Notes under the pieces: generated by a model
The model's database searches: none
Told to the model about the DNA's origin: nothing
What the model saw: the letters and a program-made list of their open reading frames with translations, nothing else
Part shown: positions 15,351 to 29,560 of the stretch, in pieces
How the letters are laid out: the number at the start of each line of letters is the position of its first letter
Numbering within the stretch: the stretch's first letter is position 1
Assembly: GCF_009914755.1 (NCBI RefSeq)
Contig: NC_060936.1
DNA from: the human T2T-CHM13v2.0 reference genome, Homo sapiens
Strand: one strand, 5' to 3'
Length of the DNA: 64,000 nt
Made by a program: the position numbers and the translations under genes

Positions 15351-18139
15351 TACATTTGTTGCCAAAAATTCAAAATCTCATGAACAGTCTTATCAGTCAT
15401 GTTTTACCAACTGCTTATGTTCCAACCTGTAGTAGAAAAGTTAATGCTCACACTGAAGCTGAACTAAATACCAAAAAGACTGTCCAAGTTGTGGTTTATT
15501 CATGCAACTCCTAGAGCATTAAAAGTCTTATTTTGTTGCCATCACCAAATCTTGAAATCACAATGCCTGATGCTATTTTCTAGTTTCAGACACGATGCTA
15601 TATCATGTCATTAATATCCAATTGTTATTATCCATACATTTAAGAATTACTCCATTGCTTTATTCAAAAAGTGCTTTTCACTTCTTATACAAATTATACT
15701 TGTTAGGATTTTAAGGAGCTTTTTTTTAAATCTGTCTTCACCTAATAAATTTAAAATTATTTCTATTGTTTGAGATCGAACAGGTGTAATCTCTCCTTAT
15801 TATATATAGCATATTAACCAAAGTTAAAAAAAAAAAAAAGCAAGACTGGGGAGGAGGTAGAATAGGTAGTATCTAGAACAGAGATTTCCAATCATTTTCT
15901 AAAGAGAGATCAACTTTCATTTTCTAAATTCTTGTGACAACTAGTATAAGAATATAAACTCTATCTATCAAAGGAAGGAGCACTAGGGGTGGAGGTAGAG
16001 ATAGAGTGACAGGAAGGGCCTCTTTCCTCTCAGCAAGATGGCCTTCAAAGTGAAAGAAGTGAGTGCCTAGTCAAAAACTGTGTTTATGCTATGGAAACCA
16101 GCCTGAGTGTCAATTCCTGATCTCCATGTTGGGAGGTGAACTCAGAGCATTACTGACCATTTAAGGGACCGCTGAGGTGAACGAGCTAGAAAAATTTGGC
16201 CTCATATTCAACGAAGTGGAGACTTCTTGAAGGCAAAGATTTTGAATGATAATGAAATACCATTATACCATTCATGTAAATGAATAAATGAAAGAACCAA
16301 TATATTCTGAAGCCTCACAAAATAGTTGAATCAATTGTTATTATGTTAATTCCATGATTTGCCAAAGGCAAAAAAGAAGATCTGAGGAGGATGCAGAATG
16401 TTAAACTGGGTTCACCAATATTTTCCTGATGAAACGCCATAATTGATATCCTAAAAGTCTTATGAGTGATTTTTCAGTTGTATTTTTGGGGGCTCCTAGA
16501 ACATTTATGTCCTTAGTGGGCAAAATTTTGCAAATTATACAATTCATTCTTCTTCCTGAAATATAGTTATCTGGAGTCATGAATGTTTTATCAAACTAAG
16601 AGTATTCATTTGTTTTCCACTACTAATAAGCCTGGTCAACCTAATTCTGATGTCTTGCTAAAATTCTCAAGAATAATATAGACTTACTATCTAGGGATGG
16701 TTTATAAAGTATACTCTTCCCTCAAAGCCCCTAATTGCTTTTGCATACATATTTGTCCTTTTGTAATTCATGGCTTATATCTCTCTCTTCTCCTTTCATA
16801 CAGTACAGCCTCTGTCTATTTAAACAGAAAGAGCTTTAATGTAAGTCAGAGCCAGGCCTTGAGAGTCAGGGGGAAGGCAAATCTCCCGAAGTTCAAAATC
16901 AATTTGGTTGCTATTAACAGCCTAGCTCTTGTACCAGTTTCAGCACTTCATGCTGAAGCTTAGAGCTTTTTTTTCTTATCTGTAGCCACTTATTTTGTCC
17001 CAGAGTATGTTGAGGGTCCCAAAGACATGACCCAGAATCAAGTGCTGGGGAGGTACTGAACTTTTATAGCCTGAGACTAAACACAAACTTGAAAGTAAAT
17101 TTCATCATTAAAGCTAGAAGAAATGACAATAGGATTCCTGCTTCTTTTAAGAGCCAACACGAGAACACCCACTGGCAGTGAACACCGGGTATTGAAGATT
17201 TTTTCCCTTTTAACAAAGGTCATCTTCTTTATCCAACTGCCTCTTTTTGTGGTAAGACAAAAATCGACTCAGCTCACACAAGATTTACTTTATGTTTCTC
17301 TTGAATAATAGAGTTTAATGTACGCAATGGAAGCCTCATTTGCTATTCCTGAAACAAATTACTGTTTGTGATTTTAAAGCTGTTCTGATTTTACCAGTAA
17401 TAAGTAGATTGTTGGATATATTTTGAGGTTTATGATGCATTTCTCCCAGAGTTAGAAAGTTTATTTTCATGAGTTCCGAGACTTCCGGTTTATTACACCC
17501 ATGAAGTAGTTCTTATTATGAAAATATTTGATAGACATAAACCAAGGCACTAGAAATTTACTTCCTGATATCATATAAAAGCAACAGGAAATTTGAAAGT
17601 AAAACTCAGTTTTAATAACTTAGTCAACCATAATAAGTGAGTCGTTGAAAAACAAAAGCTGCAAGGAAAGAACGATGGAATTAATAGAATTGCAGTTATT
17701 TGATTGAGAAACACAGAAAGCATGACATGCTTTTGTCACAGGCTGATAACCACACAGGACCCATTTTTACTATGGTCCGAGCTATTGCTGAAAACTACTA
17801 AGACTCTTCTTACCAGAAGGATGGCAAAATTAATTAGAAAGACATTTTAGCTTAGAGGATAGGAAATTACCCATTTAATTTGACTTCATTTTGCACCAAC
17901 TCAAAGTCAGAATATAGATAAGCCTCAGTAAGTCTCCTATGTTGTGAATCATTAGTTCCATGGTTCCCTTCAAGTTCTAGTAGGCAGACTTTCTTAGTTA
18001 ATTAGGGAGACACCCCTAACCTAGAGAGAAAGATTGTGTATTGTAGTTAGATACTAAGAACTTCCCAGTTACCACTGTGCTACACTATTGATGGGAGTGT
18101 GAATCTGGAATGAACTTTCAGAAGTAATTTTGCAACAGC

Positions 18140-18385
18140 AACAATAATAACATCAATGGAACTCTTACCAAGTGCTAGGAAATTTGCTAAACATTACCTT
18201 CATTGTCACATATAATCCTCAAAACTACCCTATTAGTTTAATGCTAGAATTTTTAAGCACTTTACATATGAAGGAACTGAGGCTCAGTGGGTTTGATTTT
18301 CCCAAATTCACATAATGAGCAGGTGGCAAAAATGGGATGTGAAGTCATATGTGTCAGGCTTTAACATCTGTGTTCTTAATCTGTC
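18140..18385 (-). mobile_element. MIR SINE
   Basis: taatcctcaaaactaccc...gaaggaactgaggctcag core in antisense. Confidence 0.75.
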
Positions 18386-18859
18386 AATATAGATCCAGAT
18401 TTAAGCAGCTCACATCTCTTGCCTCAGAAATTCGGATTCTGGGACTCTATTCTAATGAAACAGCCTTCAGTACTTGTGATAAAATGAAATTTAAATTTTG
18501 GAGAGTTCTTAGATTCCCCTCCATTGTAAAAAGAATTTTGTCAATCACAACTCAATCCCTGTCCCCAATCTCTGAGATGAGTCTATTTTGGCCAGAATGC
18601 TAATGTTAGGCAGAATCTGAGCATGTCAAGAAAAGTCAAGAACTAAAGGTTGGCAGGAAAGTGGAGAGGGACAAAGAGACTGGCAGAGAGTAACAGCCAT
18701 GTGACTTTTAGATAAAGCAGAGATGGGGAGTACTGAAAATTTTGGGGGGATATTAGCAAAAGGAAGTCTGGAGACTTTAGGATTTGAGAATTAGGAAGGA
18801 GAGAGATATGAAAGTATGAGGAATAAGATGAATGAAACTTTTTAATGTGTTGATAAGAC

Positions 18860-19015
18860 TGTGATTCTTAAAGCATCAGCATCAACTGGCCATGTGTTAG
18901 AAAAGCAAATTCCCAGGCTCCACCACAGGTCTACTGAATCAGAATATCTGGTGAGGGAGTAGGGGACAGCAATCAGGATTTTCACAAGCCTGTGCACACT
19001 CAGGTTTGAGAAGGA
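18860..19015. mobile_element. MER5A-like hAT-Charlie MITE
   Basis: gcatcagcatca...ttagaaaagcaaattcccaggctccacc...ctactgaatcagaa...gtttgagaa. Confidence 0.7.
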
Positions 19016-19577
19016 ATGCTTTGAGACAAGAATAAAGAACAGAACACTTTTCCAATTATATTTTTATGTTAATACTCTGCCCCTTTAAATGTGCACAGCT
19101 CTGGGACCAAACTGTGTGGTCACAACTTCAACAGGGTTATACACATAAACCTTTCTAGAAGTGCATCATTTCATCAGGTAAACCTACAAAACATCCAACT
19201 GCGTGTGAATGATTAGGTGGATAATGCTATAACCTATTCAATAAAATATAATAAAGCCATTAAAATAAGTTTTTATCACATTTTAGGAGGAAAAAAGCAA
19301 GGTATAAAATCATATGTGCATATAAGTAGATTTATTTATATGTTATAGAAACTTAGCAGAGAAAAAGACCCCAGTTAGTATCAAAATATTACATATAGTT
19401 ATCTTTAGATATTTGAAATATGGGTTATTTTCTACACTTCCATTTCTTCTTATATTTATTTTTGAGTTTCTTACATTTTCTATAATGAGTATGTACTAAT
19501 TTGATTTTTTTAAATGTGATTTTTCTAAAATAGTTACACAAACACTCCCTAGAACAATGCTTCCTCCTGGTTGTCTC

Positions 19578-19666
19578 TAGGCAGGGACTGAAAGTCTCAA
19601 AATGAGATTCAACAACAACTTCAGATTTTGAATCTTTCAGTCCCTGCCTAAGGAGTCCCTGCCTAA
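19578..19666. repeat. Inverted repeat (17-bp perfect arms) plus 13-bp direct repeat
   Basis: taggcagggactgaaag (19578-19594) / ctttcagtccctgccta (19634-19650); agtccctgcctaa repeated at 19654-19666. Confidence 0.95.
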
Positions 19667-19761
19667 AGAAGAAGATTGTAAATTATTTCCCAAGAAATGC
19701 TGAGATGCTGGCTTTGCCCTTTTATCACCTTTTCTTACAATTTGCTTATAATAATGCCATA

Positions 19762-20070
19762 TTGTTCAGTTAGAATTGGGTTCAGCTGCACATTACAGAA
19801 ACCCCCCCAATAGTAGTTAATTAAATTGGTTTATTGCCCTCTCATATAAGAGAAGTAGAAAAGCAGATAATGAGTAAACTCTTCACTTAGAAATCACACA
19901 AAACAATTCTGCTTGCATCTCATTAGCCAGAATTTCACCGTGTACCTGCATTTAGCCACAAAGAAGTTGGAAAATGTAGTCCACTAGCTGGATACCTTGT
20001 CCTCCTTGAAACACTTGAGCTCTGTCACTAAGAAAGGGAGGATAGACACCAGGTAGCATCTAGCCATCTC
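19762..20070 (-). mobile_element. Old MaLR LTR remnant (MLT1-like)
   Basis: ttctgcttgcatctcattagccagaa...gttggaaaatgtagtc motifs. Confidence 0.5.
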
Positions 20071-21354
20071 TATCTAAAGTACCCTGAAGAAAGGTAAAAA
20101 CAAATAATGAAGAGCTAAGGTGCTCTTTCTGCTTTTACACTATCTCTGGAGGGAGGAAAGTACAGGAGTGTAATGGAGAGGGGATGACTGTGCTTATGAA
20201 TAAGACCTCTACTTAACTTGACAAATTAATTCAGCTGAACAAATTATTAGTTGATGCAAATTTGGTAATCCTAGATGTACCTATGTAATTTTTATACATA
20301 AAAATTTACTCTGAAGTTTTTTTCTCTGTTTCCCTTGAAATCTGCACTTCCTTTCATGTTATCTTTCCTACATGAAAAGTATACAGTTTATTTTGCAGGT
20401 ACCAGCATTAGTCAGGATAGGAATGAATGTTTCAATTCCAAAATCCCTATATGCATCTTAAGGTATGTGCAAGTCAGACAACAACAAAAGACAGGGAAAG
20501 GCTCTAGAGATAGGAGAGGTCACCTTTTCCTTAACTGCATATAACCTTGATGGCTGCATGCAAGCTAGCTAAGTGCTCTACAGAACTTGGGTTTCTGAGA
20601 TACTTTTGGAAATTTTTGTATTTCCCAAAAAACCACTATAGGACTTCCTAGGGTCATGACCTCAATTTTGAATAAGATGACATTAGTCATTATTCTAAAT
20701 AGAACTCTGGTAGCCTATCTTGCACCTAGTTAGACATTTAATTACAAAGATTAAACTACAAGGAATAAATCTATGTGGAACAATGGATATGACAGTAAGT
20801 TACAGTTTTTGAGAAGATACTATCTCCCAGCTAAAACCCAATATAAAGGCCAGTATTCAAGAGAATATTCTCCTTGAAAAATGCAGTACATGAAGTCAAT
20901 GACTACTCTAAAATATCATTCCAGACATCAGAGTGTCACACACGTGAAAAAAAACTCAAAGCAATAGGTTACTTAAAGGAAATATATGGAATTTTCTAGT
21001 GGATTGGGGAGAAAATTGTGCTACTTTGTATTTTCAAGGGGATAAGCGAGTAGAAGTTGGATCATGCATGAAAAGATTGTCTAGTAGCCTTAAATTATCA
21101 ACTCATGAGTTTTTTGAATTTTAGTTTCCTTGATACTGTCAAAATTATTTCAGAAAATTATGCCAAGTATCAGAAAATAGACAAATGGCACTTTCAGTTT
21201 GTACCATCTTCTGCATATGCAGGGCTATTTCCTTAGTAAGTTCCTTAATGCTTTTTCCAACTGAAAATGATTCTAACAAAACAGTTTTTGCAACACTTCT
21301 TGGCATACTGTTTCACAGTCGAATCTGAAAATTTATCTGAGATTAAAGCGAGAA

Positions 21355-22510
21355 TTTCTGCACCATATTCAAAAATTATCTCAGAGCAGATTATTGACCA
21401 AAATATAAAATTGGAACCTATAAAATGATGAGAAGGAAATATAGGAGAAAACATTTGTGACCTTAGATTAGGCAAATGTTTCTTAGACGTGACACCAAAA
21501 GCACAATCCATAAGAAAACCAAATGGTAAATTGGACTATATCAAAATTTAAAACTTTTATTCATTAAAAAATGCTGTTAACAGAATGAAAAGACAAGGCA
21601 GAGACTTGGTGAAAATATTTGCTAAACATATATCTGATAAAGAACTTGTATTCAGAATTGATATATCAATAATAAGAAAACAGTAAAAGTAAAGTTAGAC
21701 AAAATATTTAAACATGCATTTCACCAAAGAAGATATACAGATGGCAAATAAGCAGTAGAAAGGAGGCTTATATGATTAGTTCTTAAAGAAATATAAACTA
21801 AAGTCACAATGAGGTACTATTATATACCCATTACAATGGCTAAAATTAAAAAGACTGACTATACCAAGTATTGGAGAGGATATGGAGGAATTGTAATTCT
21901 TATAATGGTGGAAATGTAAAATGGCATAATCCCTTTGGAAAACAATTGGGCAGTGTCTTAAAAAGTTAATCCAGCCATTCCATTTTATTTCTAGATATTT
22001 ACCCAAGAGAAATAAAAGCATATGTCCATATAAAGACTAATACACAAATGTTCATAGCAGTTTTATTTGTAATAGTCAAAGTCTGGAAAAAACCTAAATA
22101 TTCATCAACAGGTGAATGGATAAACAAACTGGTATATTCATCCTATGAAACACTACTCAGCAATAAAAAGGAATGAACTACTGATATGACGTGAATGAAT
22201 CTCAAAATAATTGAGTGAAAGGACACATAATGTGTGGTTGAATTTCAATACAATTACAGGAAATGAAAGCTAATCTTTCATGAGAGAAAACACATCAATG
22301 ATTGCCTAGAAAAAGGGGACAGGGTGGGGAGGGGCAGGAGAAGAAAACTATAGAGGCGGGGGAAAATTTTGGCAATGATTGTACACCTATTATCTTGATT
22401 ATGGTGATGGTTACATGGGCATTCCTATATCTGAAAACTCATCGAATCATACACTTTAATATGTGCAATTTATTGTATGTCATCAGTATGATAAAATTGT
22501 TTAAAAAAGT
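21355..22510 (+). mobile_element. L1ME1/2-like 3' fragment
   Basis: caccatattcaaaaatta...gacaccaaaagcacaatccat...tttcaccaaagaagatatacagatggcaaataagca. Confidence 0.85.
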
Positions 22511-22899
22511 AAAGTGAGAGTTTCTCCTTCTGATTGGCTGCTCTATCATCTTAATATTGCTGTATTTGTTGATATTCACCCTTCTTGTACAACCTTTCAA
22601 TGTTAAATTGCAAAAGATTTTCCAAGTTTAATTTATTACAAACATTCTCATTTAAAAAAAATTTATCTTATATCAGCTCTACTGTATAAATAAGAAACAG
22701 ACGTTACTACTATACAAATGGAAGAAACAGAAGCTTACATGTGGCTATGAGGATTAATGAGACTATGTTTTTGTAAACTCTAAAGTGCTATACAAATGAG
22801 AAATTGCATTGTGATTACTATAATTAATGACCATTAGCATAATTGTTATCATTTCTAGCCTTTAAACAGTTACAGGTTTTCATTAACCAATAGCAGCAA

Positions 22900-23020
22900 C
22901 ACTATAAATTCTTAGCTGGCAGGAACTATGCTTTATATTTCTTTGTTTCTTTTTTGAATCTCTCATGGCACCTCATATAATTCTCAATAAATAGTAAAGA
23001 TTCAATAAATACTTGAGTGA
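22900..23020 (+). mobile_element. L2 3' end fragment (MIR-like fragment just upstream, ~22680-22800)
   Basis: ctataaattcttagctggcaggaactatgc...caataaatacttgagtga. Confidence 0.55.
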
Positions 23021-23443
23021 TTAATATTTTCTCCTTTTAATACATAAAAGAGGAAACCAAAGAAGGCAATAGAAGGCTTTTATTACATTTTTGCCCTAAC
23101 AATTATAATTATATTGAAATATCGAATATGGTCAGAAGAACATTAGAACGAGATTGTAAAAGCCTGGATTATTTTTCTTATAACAGACTTGGTGGCATTT
23201 TAAAAAAGCCTGCCTTGGGCTCTTTAGATTTCAATAACTCCTCACCTGAAACAGTGTTTAAATCTCTCAAACTTAAATGCATAAGTTTCTCATCATTACA
23301 AACTTTCATCATTTCTTCACTAATAAGAGGATGCTAGAGTGTTAGTTTTATAACCAACATTTTGCCACCTTTAATTCTGAAAAAGTGCATGTTTATAGGG
23401 CACTAGCAGAAATTAATTTAAAAAATCAAATAAAAAAATACAT

Positions 23444-24221
23444 CTTGGCCAGAACCATCCTCCTCCAGTAATTCACCAAAATGACAAACACAGAGGGAAA
23501 GAAGAGAGGCACCCGATGTGTGTTCTCTAGGCCTTTTAAAAACATAGAGCTGTTTCTTTGGCCACATGCATAGGAATCGATAAGAAAGGTGATATTACAG
23601 ACATCAAGGGAATGGATACTGTTTAAAAAGGAATGTCCTGCAAGTATTTCCATGGCAAAACTGGAAGAGTCTACAATGTTACCCAGCATGCCATTCATTG
23701 GCATTGCTATAAACAAACAAGCTAAGGGCAAGATTCTTGCCAAGGGAATTAATGTGTGTATTGAGCACATTAAGCACTGTAAGACCTGGGATAGCTTCCT
23801 GAAATGCGTGAAGAAAATGATAAGAAAAAGAAGGACGCCAAAGAGAAAGGTACCTGGGTTCAAGTGAAGTACCAGCCTGCTCCACCTAGAGAAGCACACT
23901 TTGAGAGCTAGTGGAATGGAGCCTAGCCTGCTGGAACCTATTCCCTATGGATTCATGGCATAATAGGGTAATGAATAAATAACGTCTGGGCTGTGAAAGA
24001 AAGAAAGGGAGGAGAGAAAGAAAGAAAGAAGGAGGGAAAGAAAAAGAAAGAAACAGAGAGAGAGAGAGGGAAGGAGGGAGGGAGAAAGCAAGCAAGCAGG
24101 CAAGAAAGAAAAGGTAAGAAAGAAAGAAGGAAAGAAAGAAAGAGAAAGAGCGAGCAAGGAAGAAAACGAAAAAAGGAAGGAAGGAAGGAAAGAAAGGAAG
24201 GAAGGAAGAAAAAAACAAAGA
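23444..24221 (+). pseudogene. RPL21: Processed pseudogene of ribosomal protein L21 (RPL21): full-length mRNA copy plus tail
   Basis: 5'UTR cttggccagaacc...ccagtaattcaccaaa; ATG at 23481 (MTNTEGKKRGTR), KGKILAK-INV-IEHIKH, ending near LLEPIPY-FMA with TAA 23961-23963; AATAAA; no introns; frameshifts; TSD aaaaaaatacat (23432-23443) / aagaaaatacat (24222-24233). Pseudogene number unknown. Confidence 0.95.
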
Positions 24222-24228
24222 AAGAAAA
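23995..24228 (+). repeat. Compound purine-rich microsatellite (GAAA/GA/GGAA/GCAA) derived from the pseudogene poly(A)
   Basis: Lies between the RPL21 3'UTR and the 3' TSD. Confidence 0.9.
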
Positions 24229-24774
24229 TACATTTTAAAAAGATTTTTATACCTGATAGTTCTTTTTAAATTCAAATATACATAATGGGAAAAAGCAGAA
24301 CTTTGCTTCCTTTTGTTTTTCAGTTTAGTCCTTTAAAAAAATTTTGAACTATGTTTCTGTGGAAAGGGCCACTTTAAACTTTTTAGTGCCTAAGGCCTCT
24401 ACTGACTTGACTAGAGAGCCCAGTCACAGAGCTACTTCTTGGAGAGAGAGAGCAGGATGTCATGTAGCAGATATGTTTAACAGTTAGATTTAACTGGCCC
24501 AAGAGGAGACAAACTCATATATCTCTCCCTAAATCTCCTACCGTAATTGTTTATTATGGCATGCATGCATAGTGTTAAATCATATAAGAAAATCCCTTGA
24601 TTTATTTTCTACTAAAATTAGCAGCAATTAAATGGCATTAGGCAAGGAGAAATTTCAAATGAAGTGTTGATGACATTAAAAGTTCAAACACTTCAGGCTT
24701 GGTAAAGGGCAGAGCTCTACAGTTTTGGGAAACTCATGACTTCCCCATTTGTTTTAAAAACACTTCTAGTCTTT

Positions 24775-24960
24775 AGTCCTACAAATATGTATTAAATACC
24801 TACTATGAGCTAAGAACTGAAGACACAGAAATTAACAGCATTTTTCCTGCCTGAGGAACTTACAGAAGAGATCAGAGAGAGGAATAAACAAAATGTAACC
24901 CTATGAAAATCATAATCGCATGTGGTCCAGTCTCAGAGTAGTTACAGAAGCATAATGAAA
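24775..24960 (-). mobile_element. L2 fragment
   Basis: acaaatatgtattaaatacctactatg...cctgcctgaggaacttacag. Confidence 0.55.
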
Positions 24961-25164
24961 AATACAGATTTGAAGTGAGTCGACTTGTGTATCTCAAGGT
25001 CTAAGAAATGAAGTATAACCCTTCTTTAAAAAATCCCTTTCTCATCCATTTCACTCTTACTGCAGCTGTTCTTGCCTTTTCCTCAAACTCCCTGAACATT
25101 TCTTTCTCTCCTTCCCTCCACTCTATAACCCTCACTAAATTTTTGCTTCAAAAAATTTATCCCT

Positions 25165-25511
<347 letters not shown>

Positions 25512-26905
25512 TTATCTCCTCAGTATCAAATCTACCAGAAAAAAATTCTTAGCAATAAGGGAAGAAAAAGATCTGGCCAGGCCGATAATCTCTTTAGCAA
25601 CCAGAAGTAGAGAAAAGGCTGAATTATTTTCATGCTACTATTGTCTGATGCAAGGGTATCATAAAATAGTGTGAAATGCCTTGTATTAGAAATATGTACA
25701 AGGATGAGTACTAGTCCAAAGGCAGTACAAGAGAGACTTTGCCAAGGAAAGCTTACGTTCTGATGGGTCTTAAGTTTTTCAGGCAGGTGAGGAGGGATAA
25801 TATAATACATTGTGGGAAAGGACAAATTTCATTTATATGAATCTTTGGACTTGGGTAAGTTAAGAAGAACCAATAAAAGATCTTGAAGATAATCAATTTC
25901 TTCCAATATAAATTTTTTTTCCTGGCTAAGGACATGGCAGAAATATACAAGATAGAGAATGGGACATTTCTTCGCAACAGAAATTTTGTAGGGTTTTGTA
26001 TGGTTTCATACAAAATATGATGATATAAAGATGTTTTGAACATAATAGGATGAAAAGAAAAACAGGAACAAATAAAAATCTCTCTAATTCTAATATGTTA
26101 TATTTATTTATGTGATTCTGAATGTAATTCTAACCCACATGAGATAACTGGAAGGAGATCAAATGTAGTGGCATTGAGAGACTTCAATTATCAAGGGAGC
26201 TGCTAGGAAAATCACTCTGCTAAAAGTGGAATGTCTGATAAATTCTTGACTTGCCTGCTGACAGTGTCATTTCACAGAAGCAGGAGGTAGTGATAGAGGG
26301 AGCTGCATCTCTGAAATTAATTCTGAATACAAGGGAGAACTATTTGATCAGGTGGGCATCACAGGGAATTTAGGAGAAAATAATTATGTCGTTTAGAACT
26401 CATGGCAACCAAATAATGTGGCATATTATTTATATTTATGTCTACCAGTTGAATTTTTTTACTAATTCAATAATATTTATTAAGCACCTACTATGTGCTA
26501 TACTTGCCTATTTACCAGTGATGTGTGTGTGCATGTTTATAATGAGTCTTTATCCTTGAAAACTTTTGACAAGGTCAAAGAAAAAAACAGATGATCCCTC
26601 TCAACCCAATTTACCATGCTGTTAATTCAAAGGTACCACATTAATGATAATAACTCACATTTTCCCTGGATCTGGCCTCTAAGCTTCTTGCTGAAGACTT
26701 CAGACTGGGCAATCCATCCCCCCCAAACACACTTATGCACACACACACACACACACACTTACTTCTTGGAGTGTTCAGAAATGGCCCAATTCTAAGAATT
26801 TGTGGACATCAAAAGAGGATTTGGGTTTGGATGTTCTCACATCATGGAATTGGGAGTTTGAGGCAAGTTTATCTACATATCTGATAGCCTCAGCTAAGAA
26901 CTCTG

Positions 26906-26946
<41 letters not shown>

Positions 26947-26965
26947 GAAAGAGAGAGAGAGAGAG
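26906..26965. repeat. Compound (TC)n(AC)n(GA)n microsatellite
   Basis: Read directly from the sequence. Confidence 0.95.
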
Positions 26966-27399
26966 CGCTAGACAAAGGACAGGAATCAATTCAAGTGACA
27001 GCCACCACCTTACACTTACTCAGGCTCATTCTCCTTTCCTGAACAGAGCGTTTTCACCTTTGGGCCAAGCTGACATGCCTGCCTTCATCTCTTCATAGGT
27101 AACATTTGGTGCCATAAAGCTCCTCAGTCCCTTGCTCAATAGACTTCTAGCAGTCCTGCCACACCAGCTTACTAGATTTGTTCCAGTGGCAGTTTAAGCT
27201 CAGGATGAAGGCCCCACCATGAATAAATCAGCTCCATGGCTCAAGTTGGTGAGGATGTGGGTACTCTCAAATATGAAGGTCTCAAATTCAATTTTTAATT
27301 ATATAAACATATGACAAAAGGGAGGGAGGGATTGAAGGAAACTACTTAGGCTGCTGGGGAGTTTTGTTGGGTTTATGTTTAAAAAGAATGCATCTAAAG

Positions 27400-28075
27400 A
27401 TAGAGAGTGATACATAACCAAGAATGAAAACAGAATAAAAAATAAAGCTAGAGAATTTGATCCAAACTGAACCTGAGGATAAGCTTAGGTATGCAAAAAG
27501 GCCAAAGACCAGGTGGAAAAAACTTTTAAAGCTATCTTAGAATGAAAAACAACAAGGAAAAAGAGATTCAGTGTTTGATTTTTCATCTTATTATGCTAAC
27601 AAATTACACAAAGAAAGATGAACTACTCATCTCCTAATTTGCTTCTATTTTCTCTATCAAGGAAAAATGATCTTCAAACAGAAAAGAGTAGAATAAACAT
27701 GGTTAAGAGGGAAATAAAGCTCAAATTAGGTGAAGAGATGATGAGAGAGCTCCTGGGTGTTTTGAATAAATTCAAGTCCCCAGATTAGAAAAATTATTCC
27801 CAGGGGACTGGGGGCTGCACAGGTGTGATCTCAGAAACACTGGCAGAAGCAGTCGTTGAGTATTTAGGGAGAAGAGATGTGATGGCAGAAGACTGGAAAT
27901 AGGTAAATGTCCTAATTTTCTACAAGTGGAAAATGGTATACTACAAAAACAACAGAATACTGCCCCCAACAACAATCGTCAGAAAAGTGATAGAGAATAT
28001 TATTAAAAAGCTCTTTTGAAAGTACATAGCCATTTTGGGGGATCAGCAAGGACTCACTGAGACCAGAGCATACCA
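27400..28075 (+). mobile_element. L3/CR1 LINE ORF2 remnant
   Basis: Degenerate codons for the CR1 motifs KAELLNSYFASVF (~27613), EFKSPGPD (~27765) and PEDWRRANVxPIFKKG (~27885). Confidence 0.75.
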
Positions 28076-28239
28076 AAATGACACTTGGATGTTGTTTGGA
28101 ACATGAGGAGGAGAGGGGAGTGGTGAGATTTATGATGATTTAAAGAAGTGAAAGAAAAGAAGAGGTAGAGGAGAAAAGAGAAGATCAAATTTGTACCTGC
28201 TCCAAGGTTGTGCGCTTCTGTTTGCTAAAGGCAAAGTTG

Positions 28240-28489
28240 TTCTCACTTATAAGCAGGAGCTAAATCATGTGTACATATGGCCATGTGGTGGAATAATAGA
28301 TATTGGAGACTTTGAAAGGTAGGAGGGTGGGAGGAGGATGAAAGATGAGAAATCACCTAACAAGTACAATGTCCACTATTTGGATGATGGTTACACGAAA
28401 AGCCCAGACTTCACCACTATGAAATACATGCATGTAAGAAATCTACACTTATACTTACTAAATCTATAAGAATTTTTTTTAAATCAACA
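28240..28489 (+). mobile_element. 5'-truncated L1PB3/4-like 3' end
   Basis: ttctcacttataagcaggagctaa...aaaagcccagacttcaccactatg; TSD core caaagttg on both sides. Confidence 0.8.
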
Positions 28490-28917
28490 AAAATCAAAGT
28501 TGGGATAGGAGTCGAAAAAAGGAACTGCAAAGCAAGCAGCCAACTTGAGTGATGGAAAGGCAAGAGTCTCGGTGAGTGCTAGCAGAAAATGCTAAAATAA
28601 GCAAAGGCATACTAATGCCAGATTGGAAACAGAGTGGATAGCGTATTTATCAGTAATTCCTGAGAACCGAGAATCATTTCATACATATGCCCCACCCCTG
28701 GCTATTATCATGTGTTAATAATGTGGGGGGAAGTCCTCATGTTTCTCTGGACTATTTGTGGGGATAATAAATAATAATCAATTAGATCAGAGTAGTAAAT
28801 TATCTTAACCTACAATTTTTGTGCTAAAAGAGATCTTTGTACTACAAGAAGTAGCAGAAGCGGATCAGGGGCAAGTTTCAGTTAAGATCACACAGGCCGA
28901 GGGCTAAACTCATTTAG

Positions 28918-29209
<292 letters not shown>

Positions 29210-29339
29210 AAAACTCATTTAGTTTCTTTTTTTTTAAATGTGCTTACTAGCTGAAGTTTAAGCTGATGTTTTAGCCTTATCTAGATTTTAGGGGGGCATT
29301 TTAAAAATATCTCAGTTATCTGTTTATAAATTATTGTCA

Positions 29340-29560
29340 TTTTTCTAAGTCTTCTGCATGTCACACACTGGGCTAACCTCTTTGTGATTGTTATCTCCAA
29401 CACTTATAAAAGTCCTATAAAAATATGATATCTCCAAATCACAGATGAGAAAAATGAGACTCAGAAAAGTTAAGTGATTTGCCAAGGTTTTCAGCTCTCA
29501 AGAAGTGGAGATGGGATTTGAATTGAAGTTACCCTGCTCTAAACCTATGCTCCTCCACTA
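29340..29560 (-). mobile_element. MIR SINE
   Basis: acagatgagaaaaatgagactcagaaaagttaagtgatttgccaagg core. Confidence 0.8.

Noticed and set aside
23426-23899. 157-aa minus-strand ORF
   Set aside because: Antisense of the RPL21 pseudogene
23886-24275. Phe/Ser/Leu-rich and Lys/Glu/Arg-rich ORFs
   Set aside because: Translations of the GA-rich microsatellite
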